In this document: in pieces, positions 26,006-39,793 of the stretch
Layout of the letters: the number at the start of each line of letters is the position of its first letter
Position numbering within the stretch: position 1 is the stretch's first letter
NCBI RefSeq assembly: GCF_006345805.1
Contig: NC_043005.1
Coordinates: 68,510,001-68,574,000, forward strand
Reading direction: 5' to 3'
Origin: Octopus sinensis
Taxonomy: Eukaryota
DNA: 64,000 bases
Program-made: the position numbers and the translations under genes
Notes under the pieces: generated by a model
Databases searched by the model: none
Told to the model about the DNA's origin: nothing
Seen by the model: the letters and a program-made list of their open reading frames with translations, nothing else

Positions 26006-26074
26006 AGACTTTATTGGGTACAATACATGTTTCGACCCGTTCTGCGTCTCTTCAGGTACATCAATAAAGAGTCT
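26006..26074 (-). ncRNA. Minimal type-I hammerhead ribozyme motif (Penelope-like element type), possibly inactivated
   Basis: Minus strand: agactctttattgatgtac-CTGAAGA-gacgc(agaac)gggtc-GAAA-catg-TA-ttgtacccaataaagtct. It has both core boxes, stem II, a palindromic stem III (ACATGT), a GUA triplet and a long flanking stem I. Confidence 0.6.
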
Positions 26075-27888
26075 TACTAGAGATTTTTTGAGTCGGTTTA
26101 GGTACCGCTATATGCTCATCAAATTATGTATATATATTTATATATATATTTAAAATAATAAGGATGAAAAATTGAATATTAATTTGATTATTATCAATTT
26201 AAAACCAGTGGTCTAGCATATTGGAAAATCTGAAATTTCAGAAAAAATTATATTACATTCATATAAGAGGGATGAACTGTAAGTGTACATCCATTATGCT
26301 AGAAGAAGATCCGCTATGGTATTACCACTAAGAAAGGAATGTTCTCAAGAAAATTTAGCAAACGCCAGAACGTAAGCGAGCAAGACAAAAGAAAAGATAC
26401 AAAATATAGATTAATCACAAACCAGGTTTGAATAAAAATTTATGCCATACGGACAATTACCTTCCTTCCAAGGGACTGTACCATTATGGGTGACCTGGCA
26501 TTTCATAACACCCGCAACATCAACTCTCTTATTGGTAAACCATTCAGTAGACTGTTATTTCTCTTACGTCAATGTGACTACCAAAATTCATTTAATCTTT
26601 TCCGTAACGTTTTGCATCCGTTCAAATGAACACCAGTTGATTTTACGCCGCACAATATCTAAAATCATGTCGTAATTAATTTGATCTCATGTTGACATGT
26701 TACAGAATCTATCTATTAAGATAATGTAATTAAGTAAGTATTGATACATTTTGGTGTAGCTGGGTACTGTTTTATATAGAGGAAATAAAGAGCCATATTT
26801 GAAGTAATCAGAAAGAGAACATATTAGTTTAAATGTTTCGGAAAATATAGGAGACAAATTTGACTGTTTTGGTAGAGATATCGCTTCATCATCAAAGTAT
26901 GACGTTACTGATGGGAAAATAACTATAACTATATATATATATATATATATGTATGCATATATGATGATTGCTTAAGTTTGACAAATGATAGCCTTCCCAT
27001 CAACACACACACCACACCACATCTCACAGCACAATTATTCTATTCATGAAACTTCAGATGACTTATAAGATCAACTGCTAACTGACAGGGTCTAAAACAC
27101 AAGTGACAGATAATATTCGTGTTTTTCTACGTTAGGCTGACATCTACGAAGCAGACATCTAAAATTGCTCTAGTTATCTTGTTTTTGTGACCATCACGTA
27201 GCAACTACAAGAAATGCTGCACAACGGTAGAGAAAAATATGAATAACAATCTCGCAAACTCATCAAGCGTGAAAAGTGTACATTAATGAGTTCTCATACT
27301 TTTAATATTTCATAATTATGTCTGTCGCCCTCTTGAGTCCAAAATTGGAAACTAGGCCAATGGCGTATGTATTAGACTGCTTTTTTTGTTGTGAAGGAAA
27401 GATTGTGTTGTTGAAACAAATCTGATTTCAGAATAAATTAGATTGTGAACTTAAATTTACATACTATTAGAGAGTGTTTTTCTTGGTTTTAACTTAAAAT
27501 ATTTTCACTTACTGAGACACGTTTGCAAACCATTTAAATTTAGTAGGACTGAGGGAAGGGGTTATGAAAGGTAAATTTTGTCTGACCTCCGAAGCATGTC
27601 AAATGTTAAGAAATACATGTAGTAATCTTTAAAAATAATAACGATCATGATAAGAATAATAACAATAATACTTGTAATATTAACAAGACCAAAGAAATTT
27701 ATCATTTTTCTTTCGTCTCCCTCATCTCTGTCTTGCAGTTTATTCTTCTGCCGTCAGCCTCTTCTCTCATTCCCGTACCTCTGTTTCTCACTTTCTCTCT
27801 CTCTCGATCGATTTCTTGCATGAATACATGCGCACACACATACACACACATACCTGTACATGCACAGACAGAACCCCCTCTGTTTCTT

Positions 27889-27924
<36 letters not shown>

Positions 27925-28496
27925 ACTCCACATCTCTTCATTCCAAATAGAAAATCTTGAGAAATGATAAAAGTATCCACACATGTCATATTCAAACCAA
28001 TCTGATTTACTATTAGCAACTTGGACATTTGACATATGTGACATAAAACGGTTATTGATATCCATGTTCAGCTTGTCTTCATTAACAACACTTTATGTTG
28101 GTAGATTATTAATGATTGCATACATTGAATCAAATAAATTCAAATGTCCCAGAGCAGTTTGTTATATGACTAGGTTGTATTGTCCATGTACGGCTCGAAA
28201 AGTACACTTCATGCGTACATCTGACCACCATTTCAAAGCTAGCTGTGTCTAACATTACATATATTTTCAGTTAATGCAAAATACAAACTTTACCATAGAA
28301 GTAAATGTCTGTAAAATGATATTGCGGTTTTAAATACGGGAAAGCACTACCACTTCTGTAAATCAATAGAGAAGTGGCAAAATATGCTTGTAATGACTTA
28401 CAGTTGAATTTCATGCATGAATATGAAACAAGTAAAACTGAAATTTTACAGACAATCCAAGTTAACTTTCTCATTTGAGGTGAGCTGTCACGCCTC

Positions 28497-29185
28497 TAGT
28501 CTTCTTCGTCATTGTCTGTATCATTTTCACCCCTTTCCTCATAATTTCCTGCTTGAACTAAAGTTTGGAAATTAATGCATCTACACAAATCTCTGCAGGT
28601 TACCTTCTACTGTCAACCCGAGCACCGATCCTTTCCTTCACTTTTAGGTGCCTCAAAGCTATTCTTCTTGCAACTGCAATAAGTAAGTTCAAGCAGAGCA
28701 CTTGGTGTAGGTGGAAGATCGCACCACACTACCTCTATAGTGGTATCTGTTACTTTCCATCCATGGCTGTGTGGGCTGGGGATACTCGGAAACTGTTCAA
28801 GACATTTAGTATGTAATCCTGCTTGGTAGTTTGCCATCATTAGGTGTTTCACTATGACATCATGTATGGAAGGCATGTTCATCTCTGCTTTAGTGTCCAT
28901 CAAGAACTTGTTATACCGAGCTTATTGACACTCGAACAATCTTGATCATACAGACTACAATAATATTTCTCCCCTGTATGTACCAGACCATCTTCTACAG
29001 AGAATGTTGCACCAAGGCTACTTGAAAATCAGCAGATTCAGTCCAGTCATGATTGATCGATAAACCCACAATTTGTTTTAAAAAATTATCTCTATGTATA
29101 TTTCCTCGGGTTACTTTCTGTTGAAGAGCGTTGGCTGGAAACGTAAAAGTCTTTCTCACTTTCCCAAACGTCAAACTAATACACC
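28497..29185 (-). mobile_element. Academ-type DNA transposon fragment (XPG-like C-terminus plus Cys-rich zinc finger), pseudogenised
   Basis: Minus strand gives EKYYCSLY...VNK..YNKF...KHLMMANYQA...PSPHSHGWK...WCDLPPTPSALLELTYCSCKK...RCSG..TCRDLCRC, an acidic tail and a stop. This matches the HxxRANYQAxxW/PSPxxxGW/CxCKK pattern. Superfamily assigned from recalled domain architecture. Confidence 0.75.
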
Positions 29186-29239
29186 TGCTTTTTTGTTTAT
29201 ACACCTGTCTTCGTCTTTTTTTTCTGTAAATTTAAACTA

Positions 29240-29383
29240 CATACATATATACATACATATATACATATATACATACATACATACATACATACATACATAC
29301 ATACCCTCATGCACACAAACATGCATGCATACATACACACACACATAATGCATACATACATACGTATACATACGTAGGTATAC

Positions 29384-29435
<52 letters not shown>
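29240..29435. repeat. (CATA)n/(TA)n microsatellite
   Basis: Seen directly. Confidence 0.93.
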
Positions 29436-29437
<2 letters not shown>

Positions 29438-31339
29438 ATGTAGTCTGCACACCTTAACAAAAAAGAGATAAAATTGGTTGAAGAATAAATGTTTGATATA
29501 CGCTCTTCGCATGAAAAACAATTGTTTTCAGTGGCTATCATAATGTGAGCCGCCAAGTGTTACCAAATATATATTGTGTATAAACTGATCACCTATCGGG
29601 TTGTAAACCAGTAACCAATCGATTTGGCTAAACGACTCTTTGTCATAAATTCATACTTTAGCAAGAGAAATAAATACAAATATCCTATGCAGTTGTTTAC
29701 AGATAAACATTCATAAAGAAAGATATAATAATACCAGTTGTAAAAAACATTGTGTAAGAAAACACTCATCAATAGTGTTATGAAATGAAAATGTACTTCA
29801 ATACGATATATTTAAGATTGGCGAAATTCATTGAAATATGTGATAATCATTTGGCAATATATTACACACGTATGGATACAAACTTACACTCATCACTCAC
29901 ATGCAACATACATGCACACACACTCGCGCGTGCGCACATATATGTAGACAGAATTATATATCAATAGAGAAAGCGAGAAATATTTCATTTCGATATTTAT
30001 ATCGGGTTTTCTAACAGAAATAGCCTAAGTATGAAAGTAGCTACTCAATCACAATAAATCAACAGGAAATTTGGAGAATTTCCTAAAAACAAAAGCATTC
30101 ATTGAATATGAAGTTCTTTCTTTCTTTTTGTTTTTATTCTATAACAACAGAAGAGTATGGAAGAGCCGAGAAACAATGCAATATGAAACTAAAGTATTTA
30201 TATCAGTGAATAAGTCTCCACTAATTTCTCAACTGAAGTTCAATTGTGATTATATTTCTCTTTGCAATAAGTACCATTAATAAGATGTAGATTTAGCAAA
30301 CGACTGTTATTCTATCCACTTATAGTCGACCAAATGAATTTCTATGTTCAGATCTGATAATCTAAAAACAATAAGTAATTTCTTGACGAGTCAAGCCTGG
30401 ATTTCGGCTATTATATATTCCCTTAAGTCGACTCTGTCATTTCTAAAAGTTAACACTATAATGAGCATCACAGAATCGTCGCCGAAATGCTTGGACGATT
30501 TCCTAACTGCAAATGCTAGAAATTTTGATAACATAGTCAGCTTCCCGCTACCGGTGAGTTCAGTTCGCTGCAAGATTTTCGACTGAGGTAATTTTAATTC
30601 ACTTTTTGTAGGCACAGATAATGTAAGAATATCGAAGACAGACTAATACATATTCATCCACTCTTTGGTCAATGCAACTTTCAGCTGTTGCAATCAGTGT
30701 AATTTTCAAAGACTTTCCACGTAGACATTTATGAACATGCTACTGTAGTTGTTTTATAGAATGCGGCGTTGACCAATTCTGTGCGTTCTTTTCTAAGCTT
30801 TCGATACCATACTTGTGTATTATGGCGCACTTTTTACCAAGTTAACATTTGGAAGAGATCGGTAGTAGACGTCTTTCAAGTATTGCTCAGTAGTTTGTGC
30901 TAATCAAATGATTTTCTACAAAAAATAAACCACGCACCTTTCTTTCAGAACTATTTAACCAGTTCCGTTGAATGTTTCACACTTATTGCATTTTAAAATC
31001 AATGACTAACTTCTTGCATCTTTCTGTCTAATATCCAAGGTCTTTGAATACTTCATATGATAAAATATTCAGATATGCAACCACTCTGACTTTAATGTTT
31101 TTATAACTTCCTTATAAACTTTTCCCCTTTTCCACTTTATGTGGCCTCACAAATCTCTTCTTTACTCGACAATATCCTTATTCAAACCATTTCTTAGTCA
31201 CTATTTGAGTATTAAGGCCGAGATGATTGGGTTATCAACATCCATCCAAGGCGATGATTAGTCCGCTAGTAAATTTGTCGATATCTTTTCCCAATGATTT
31301 CTAGCTCCCGCCCTATATCCTTCCTTCCCTCTCTCTCTC

Positions 31340-31562
31340 CCTACCTACCTACTCTCCTACCCACATATCTACCTAAATACCTACCTACCCACCTACCCAC
31401 ATATCAACCTACATACCCACCTACCTACCGCCCTACCTACCTACCTACCTACCTACCTACCTACCTACCTACCTACCTACCTATCTACCTACCGACCTAC
31501 CTACCTACCTACCTACCTACCTACCTACCTACCTACCCATCCAGCCACCCACCTACCCACCT
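31340..31562. repeat. (CCTA)n microsatellite
   Basis: Seen directly; explains the PTYL ORF 31294..31602. Confidence 0.95.
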
Positions 31563-32198
31563 ATATTTTCTGTATTTATATGCATTATATAATGCAGTAT
31601 AATATATGTGTGTGTGTCTATGCGTGTGTCTGTGTGTGTGTGCGTGTGTCTGCGTGAGAATAATATATTTATCTATACTTACATTTATATACACACAAAT
31701 ATAACCTAATCGATCAAAACGGTCTTTCAGTACGGAAGCACAAAAGTGTATTTATGTATGGGCAGATATATGAGTGCGCATATAAATGGGTGTCGAGAGA
31801 GGAAAAAGGTATCGGGGTAAGAATATGTGTCTACTGAAAACTACTGTAAAGAAACACATAGGAAATATTCTGTCATATGATTTCAAAAAAGATTAGATAT
31901 TTGACAGTCTCATTATTTCATAAATTGTTCGTGCAGGATTTAGAGAGGGTGAGATGCGAGATTTAGACAATTCAAATACAACTGAGTAGCAGTAGTTTCA
32001 GATTATAAGTTCCTGATTTTGCAATGTTGTTCTCTAGAGTTCTCTTGGAAATACAAGAGAGATTTATAATATATGCTCACATGCTCCTTTCCCCATATCT
32101 ACACATACCCGTACGCATAGAAAAATGAGTAAAATTATGCACTCGTAAATATAGATACGTCAATACATGAGCAATTACGTTGTCTCTCATTACATATA

Positions 32199-32763
32199 TT
32201 GGGTTGTCCGGAAAGTTCGTGCCGATTTTTAAAGGAAAGAAAAAGTTCAATAAACACAGGCCATTACATTTTTAATCAACCAAATATGAACCATTTTGTT
32301 GCACAATGCGTCTCCATCTTTCCTTTAACTTGAAAATACCATCTTCCCAGCATTGAGGTGGTTTCATGGCGAAGAATTCATCAAGGTAACTTTTTACGTC
32401 ATCCAAGGAATTGAAAGTTTTACCATTAAGGCTATTCTGCAGAGAACTGAATAAGTGGAAATCCGAAGGAGCAATATCTGGTGAATATGGATGGTGGGGC
32501 AACACATCCCAGCCGAGCTGCAGCAATTTTTGTCTGGTTCCCAAAGATCAAGTGCCGAAAATGAACTTTCTTATTTTCTATTTTAAAGGGTTACGAAATT
32601 AACACAGATTATAGGAACATAAGTCTTCTTCCACGAAAAGATAGCTTAAACTGTGCTCTAAATGGAGGTGTTGTCAAATTCTATTTTATGGACTCAACCA
32701 TGTTTTAAAATAAGTCGAAAGGTAAGCTACTATAAATCGGCACGAACTTTCCGGACAACCCAG
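32199..32763 (-). mobile_element. Mariner (DD34D) internally deleted element with intact TIRs
   Basis: 30-bp TIRs TTGGGTTGTCCGGAAAGTTCGTGCCGATTT / AAATCGGCACGAACTTTCCGGACAACCCAG (29/30), TA on both sides. ORF 32272..32544: LGWDVLPHHPYSPDIAPSDFHLF...GIFKLKERWRRIVQQNGSYLVD. Confidence 0.96.
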
Positions 32764-33303
32764 TATATCTCTCACTACGGCGCCAAACATTGTCACTTAA
32801 TACTAATACAAGGACCTAGCGGAGGTGGGGAATACAACAATTTTAAAGACAAATCAGGTGACTATCCTCTACCAATCAAGTCCTATTCAAAACATATTCT
32901 ACTTTTAGCCATGAACTCCCCATAAAAATAGGACGAGATTCAAACTGTAGTCAGAAGCAAGACAATTGCGACATAATCCACGTCTTTCTATTTCAATGTT
33001 TTGAAAATCAGTGTTAACTGTGAAACCGGTTAGTCTTTAAACATAATAGAATAATACTCTAACTATTCTCAGTGCATTTTCAACTACTACTTTTTTCCTA
33101 TATTTCTACCCATGTGGAATAAAATAACTCTGTTTTCTCTCTCTCTCTCCCTCTGTCTCTCTCTCCCTCTGTCTCTCTCTCCCTCTATCTAGATATATAT
33201 ATGTGTGTGTGTGCGTATGTATATATTTTACGTATATATGTATACATGTATATTTATATATTTATACGTATATATGTATATATACATACACACACACATA
33301 CAC

Positions 33304-33376
<73 letters not shown>

Positions 33377-34470
33377 AGTATATATGCTTATGCATATATA
33401 TTTATATGTATATATTTATAATACACACACACGGAGATTCAGAGGCAAATGCGCACACATATGTGTGATGTATGTGTATGTGTGCTTGGGGAGGAAAAGT
33501 CTATATATTTTGGCATCTGATCTAGATTTAACTTGGGACCACCTCGCCGGGTTATATGTCAAGATTTTCAAAAGCTTCATAATTTTGTTTATTCGTTTTC
33601 AGCTGTAACTGAAATTAAATTAATCAGTCATATTAGCTGGCGTCCAATATTGCTCTCTGAGAAACGGAAACGCGTTTGTATATATCTACAAGAATACACG
33701 CAGATATATATATGTTCATTCATAAACCCAAAATTGAACAAACATGCGCGTACAAACAACGCCAGCACACATATTTTCCTCATATAACAGCGTTTTTAGG
33801 TATTCTTATATGTATTAAATTATATATTTATCAATCAATAATCACTCTGCCAATCCATCTATCCATATATTTGTTTACTCCTCTCTCTCCCAATTTACTC
33901 ATGTATGTGTGCGCGGTGCGTGCGCGTGTTCGAGTGTGTGTTCGTGTGTGTGTTTGTGTGTGTGTGTCAATCATAGCGAGACGTTTTTCATTAGAAGTGC
34001 ACACGCTTATTCATATAAATTACAAAATATTAGGGGCTATAACATACTCTTGTTAATTATGACTAAAAAGAAGCAATGACTCGATTATGTCTGCAGTAAC
34101 TATATTCTCAGAAGAAATTAACTCAGACCTCGGTCAGTTAAATTTTAAGCAATAGAAAAATTAAGGCCATATTGATGCCGTAATGTCAATAACGTGGACC
34201 ATACACAAAGATTTGTTAGTGTTCGCCAAATGGATGCCCGATGTATAAATAGGAGATTTCCCTTAACATGGATGTAGAAATTGAGTATAACTTGGATAAA
34301 AGAAGCAAGAAATTTCATGACGGAAGGAGAAGCTCTTAGAACTCAATACATGCATAATTACAATTTCTGCAATATAGTTTACAAAATTTATGGTAGATTT
34401 CATATAGGAAATATTTTTTTGTGATTATGCGCTTCAGTGTATCAAGATGTTGCACTAAATTTGACAAAAT

Positions 34471-34705
34471 AGGCGTAGGAGTGGCTGTGTGGTAAGTAGC
34501 TTGCTTCCCAACCACATGGTTCCGGGTTCAGTCCCACTGCGTGGTACCTTGGGCAAGTGTCTTCTACTATGACCTCGGGCCGACCAAAGCCTTGTGAGTG
34601 GATTTGGTAGACGGAAACTGAAAGAAGCCCGTCGTATATATGTATATGTGTGTGTGTGTGCGTTTCTGTGTCTGTGTTTGTCCCCTCAACATCGCTTGAC
34701 AACCG
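34471..34705 (+). mobile_element. SINE family B, 3'-truncated
   Basis: AGGCGTAGGAGTGGCTGTGTGGTAAG...GGTTCAGTCCC...CCTTGGGCAAGTGTC...GACGGAAACTGAAAGAAGCCCGTCG + TA/TG run; stops at GACAACC. Confidence 0.9.
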
Positions 34706-35329
34706 TCTTGTTAAAGATGAGTGGTAGAGCAATCGTCACGATAATCTTGATTGATATGTAGATTCATCCGACATTTGACCTTAGAGTTTGACAAAACTAC
34801 AGAAGTGAGAAGGCTGGGATGCTGCACTACTGTATGCAATGCATTTTCATTTATCACTTCTCTATTCTGAGATTCGCGATTGGTGGCACTTCCACATCTG
34901 TAGACGTTCGTGCCTGAGGGGTACATGTTTGGGACCAGGGATTTCTAGATGTCATTCGTAGAGGACCCCATCCTGAAAAGCCTCCGAAACAGACCAGCTA
35001 GTTCGAAAACGTCGACGCCTAGAGCTTCTCCGAGAATGTCCTCGCCGTTACCAACCATTAGATCTATCTATATATTTAAATTTAAACTTCGTACGAGCGT
35101 ATTGCCCCACTGTTAGAGGGCCCTGAGCAACATTCCAGAAGTTAGGCACTACTTGAGAGGAAAGCAGTAATAATTATTTCAAATGAGAAACACCAGTTAA
35201 TCTTACAGAAAAAAGACAAGGGAATTGTAACTTGCTGGTTAAAAACATTTTCCTCATTTTCTCATAGCGGTAATTGTACTATCCACGACCTTTTTCATTC
35301 TTTTAGAGTGTCTGAAAATTGTGGTAAGA

Positions 35330-35800
35330 AGGATAGAATTAACTGCAAACCGTGGCCTTCTTCCAATGCTTGCAACAAAATGAATTCCACCTGAAGCACC
35401 CAAATACCATGTGGTAGTGTTAAACTGAGCAATAATACAAGACGACTCTTCATATGGAAAGCAATAACATCTAACTAGAGTATCAGAAAGGAATGTGCTG
35501 CTGTAAAGGATTGCTAGAATAACAAAACAATTCTTAATATGCATTGTGGTAATACGATTACTGAAATGCATTTGCTAATATTTATCATACGCTTGGATAG
35601 TGGAAACACTCTGTCTAAACAAACCAGCTCCAATACTAATATGGTAGATTAACCAACACATGTGAAAATGGAAAACAGCCATATCACTACAAGGCAAAAA
35701 AAAAAAAGAATAGAAACGATAATTAAAAATATCTTTATGGCCATAAGAAGAGAAATCTTCTCGGGCGAGTCTTTATCCTCTCCATTATTCTGTTTAATAA
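35330..35800 (+). mobile_element. Old R4/Dong-like LINE reverse transcriptase fragment
   Basis: HAWIVETL...KWKTAISL and IRREIFSGESLSSPLFCL, a decayed IRRGIFQGDSLSPLLFCL. Confidence 0.65.
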
Positions 35801-35935
35801 GGAGCTTTTATCACGAAATAACTTTTCTGCTTTATATTAATAATATACATATGGTTTCTACTGTTATTCACTTCCATACCATCACACGGCACATGTGTAT
35901 AAGGATGATAAAATATAAAGATATTATAAAGATAT

Positions 35936-35992
<57 letters not shown>

Positions 35993-36054
35993 GGGGAAAG
36001 AGATAGAAAGAGATAAATACACACACATATATATGTACATATATATATGCATAT

Positions 36055-36103
<49 letters not shown>

Positions 36104-36199
36104 GATAGATGTGTGTGTGTGTGTGTGTGTGTGCGTGTGTATGTATTTATACCAACACTGATATATAACCAATTCACGAATAAATGAAAAATAAATATG

Positions 36200-36700
36200 C
36201 ATTTTAAATCAAAACAAGGAATTATGAAAGTAAACTGTATCCCAAGAAAAATATCCCAAGGGAGATTCCTTTTCCAATTTCCTTTCTACATGAAGCTAAC
36301 GCCTGTAATAAACGTTAATCCAAATAGGCGTCATATTATGTATGGACAATCACCCATTTGTTTTTCTTTACGAACGATATTAAGATATATGATGCTGATG
36401 AAAACAAGCAGAAGCACAGATACGGAGAGAGTACGGATTCATTAGAATGAACCAAAACACTGAGTTTAGAAACACGCCCGGAGTCAATGTTGAAATTAGA
36501 GGAATAGCAAAAATGAGAGGCTCAGACTTACACATATTAAATAATTAATGAATTAGATATAATACAAAGTACACAAGTGGAAAAGAAATCCTTGGGAGGA
36601 ATATGAACTTACAATATATTAATGATTAATATAGCACTGAATATCAAATGTGAAATTATATGCATGAATATACCATATGGTTGTTCCAATAAAAGTAATA
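36200..36700 (+). mobile_element. Old R4/Dong-like LINE RT fragment (QGD to YMDD region)
   Basis: Frameshifted KISQG/DSFS and HLFFFTNDIKIY, a decayed HLLYMDDIKLY. Confidence 0.5.
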
Positions 36701-37029
36701 GGTAGAATATTCCCGATCGTAAATTAGCAAGAAACCGAGAAATCGAATGACTGCATTGAGAATAAATCTCTCAAGGCCTGACACAGACATGATATATTTA
36801 CACTAATAGAAGGAAGTGGGAGGGACTTCTGGAACTAGGCATCTATTATAAAATATCAACTCTAGTAATGTAAAAAAAAATACTTAGTAAAGAATAAGTA
36901 GAAAAATATATAAACAGATGCAAACAAGCAAACAAATTTGACAGAATGCATAACAGGTAAAGAAAACAAAATATTCCATCCAAAATTAAAAGTATTTAAA
37001 AAACAATCAACTAGATTATGACTGGGAGA

Positions 37030-37395
37030 TAGCAGTTTGCTCAAAGTAGCCGCCCTCAGCTTCCACCACGCCCCAAAGACGGCTCGGGAACCTGGCGCAT
37101 GCATTTCTCATTGTGTTATTGGATAAACCTTTCAACACTTTCTTTTTCTTGGCCACCAGCCCGGCCTTGATGTTGCAGGCAGAGTGGTTGATGTCTTTCA
37201 CGACCGCTCCTCACATATAATAGTCCATTCAGTAAGAATCGGAAGAATTAGGAGTCCAGATTTGTGGGTAGTGAAATCATAGAAATTCTTCGACCGCCAT
37301 TTCTGACTCCTTCCAAGGGGTATGGCAAGGAGCTGAATCCTACGCCCACACATATGGCCTTCTTGAAACAACCCTTTCCAGCCATAGATTGACCA
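37030..37395 (-). mobile_element. maT (DD37D)-like transposase 3' fragment
   Basis: Minus strand gives WLERVVSRRPYVW..DSAPCH...IWTPNSSD...MDYY..GAVVKD...NACARFPSRLWGVVEAEGGYFE. Related to 20526-20917. Confidence 0.8.
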
Positions 37396-38409
37396 TAGTC
37401 TCTAGCATTTTAATTGAGCTTAAGGCTATGTTCAAATATATGGGAATGGACGCCTATTCCGTTGTGTCCGTTGCAGCTGTGCATGTTACATCTTACACCT
37501 CTTACAATGTTCACAGAACCTTGACCAATAGTCATGATGTCAGTATTTTCATATCCGGGGTGAGTCTTCATGGAGCAGGTAACTGATTTTCAGTATTCCG
37601 ATGGCTACAAGTTATAAAATATAGCTAAGGTTTTTTTTAGCAATAACTTTAATTATTATGCTTTCCAACGCTGTTGACTGTTTTCCAGTGCATCTATCTA
37701 TTCCCAAAGAAAAAAAGGAGACATAAAATTCGTCAAATGCGCGTTGTATATGTGTGTGTTTGTGTGCATGTGTGTGTGTATGTGTGTGTGCGCGTATGTA
37801 ATATATATCGAGGTAATAGGCAAAGATGAGTAGATTGCAGGGAAAAAAGCAGGAATTATATTAAATACTGATATGAACATTGGACGACATCAAGATGACA
37901 AGGGAAATCACTCTGTGAACAATTCCCAAGAAGATGAGATTGATAAACAAATACCTCCGCTTAGGCTGAATGTTGAGCCAAAATAATTTCTCATTGCAGT
38001 GGTTAACTAAAGGTTTCTCACCTTTTAATCTAATGTGACTGATGTGGAATAGTGCAAAATATGTAGAGATTGGGAAGAAACAATTATCTACGTCAGTATG
38101 TGTGCAATTATGGATGGATTGGAAGTTTCCTTTAGGAGAAAATTAATCAGAATTGTGAATATTGACAAAAAAGGGTGTGGTATAAACGTTCCAGAAAATG
38201 TTTTCGAGTTCCTTAAACTGGAACATTTAGATCTACAGAATTGTGAACAAAGAGAAGCGACTGATGATGCTGTTAAATCCACTAGAAGAGGAAATACCTT
38301 TGTCAGGATTATTATCTTGAGAGAAGACGATGTAGATTAAGGTCATATGCAGGAATAGCTGCGTTTCTCACCACCATGCTTAACAGCCGATTTTAGTTTG
38401 CTTAGATCC

Positions 38410-38570
38410 CTGTTAGCGGTTCAGCAAGAGAGATAGAGCGTAGGAGTAAGAAAAAAAAACAGAATTTAAAATAATAAGAACTGGGGTAAATTTGTTCGAG
38501 TAATTCCGTCAAGGCATTGCCCCAACACGACTGTCAGCTAATGACTGAAACCAGTAAAAAATAAGAAATA
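38410..38570 (+). mobile_element. SINE family B 3' module, diverged
   Basis: TTAGCGGTTCAGCAA...CTGGGGT...AATGACTGAAACCAGTAAAA matches the tail module of 43001-43460. Confidence 0.6.
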
Positions 38571-38823
38571 GGAAGTTATCGAAATAGATATAAATAGATT
38601 GAGAGCATTGAAATGTTCTTATTTTTCATTCCCTTTGAAATTACCCTTATTAGCGGTTTAGGCTTTAACTGCTCTTTCCAGAATGTAAGGTGTCCTGTTA
38701 AAGGTAACCTCTTTTGTGTATAAAACGGTACACTAATTTATATGAAAAATATGTTGTCTATTGACTTTATTACGCATGCTGACCACCAGTAGAATATTTC
38801 TCTAAATTTTCTACCCTTATTAT

Positions 38824-38864
<41 letters not shown>

Positions 38865-39726
38865 CACACATGCGGATTGTGTTTATGAAAGACCAGCAGT
38901 CACCCATGCATACCAGCCTTCCCTCTCCACGCCACCGATGAACTGGAGCTTAAAGGAAAATACGTTTGGGGAACAGTAGTGGCAACAGATACGTATAATA
39001 ATTATTGATCATTGCCAAAGAAGACTGGATATGGTAGACCACAGGGTTCGAGCAGTTTCCACTGCACTGTCAGCGGCCCAGATCTCTTGAAGCCGATTTC
39101 CATTAAATATTCATATACTTGCAGGAGTATTTGCGCGTGCATGTGTGCATGGAGGTCACAATCTTAGTCGGAGAAAGAAAGCTAAGTGACATTACTTACA
39201 GTCAGTAAGAAAATTGGGATATAATTGAGGGTATTTGGAATGAGTTAAAAATGAATATATTAAGAGATAAGTCCTATTTCTAATAGGGCAATATGGTAAT
39301 ATAGTCTTTGTTAATAGTGTATAAATAATAACTGAGGCCTAAGTCATACTTGGGTTTGTCAGATAGGTTCTGTAATCAACTTGATCAATGAACGTTGCTG
39401 ACACCGGAGCCAACAGTACATATATTTCTTCTTAAGAATGGGGTGCAGTATATATATATATATATACATATATACATATGTATATAAAAAGAATCTTAAT
39501 TTCTAATTTATTGAATTGCGCAATCTCCACTTCTTTAGTAAGAGGCAAACGGATGCATTTAGGATGTTGTTTTAATTCCTTTCTAAGAGAAGAATTTCTA
39601 CTAATTCAGAATGTCTTGACTATCTTATTCAAGACATCAGTCCTTAGACTTTGATTTATCTCAATTCATGGAAATTAGTTACTTCTCTAATCTTGAAATT
39701 TCTTAATGCAAATTAATGCCCACCAA

Positions 39727-39789
<63 letters not shown>

Positions 39790-39793
<4 letters not shown>

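Noticed and set aside
26150-26900. Probable LINE/PLE remnants between (TA)n tracts, including a broken hammerhead-like string near 26850-26895 (-)
   Set aside because: No diagnostic protein motif could be read and both ribozyme core boxes are mutated.
30344-30615. Overlapping 80-aa and 74-aa ORFs in non-simple sequence
   Set aside because: No recognisable motif, and part (CAGAATCGTCGCCGAAATGCTT) resembles a decayed SINE A head.
38098-38340. 80-aa ORF faintly like a pogo/Tigger C-terminus
   Set aside because: No catalytic motif or TIR found; too weak to call.
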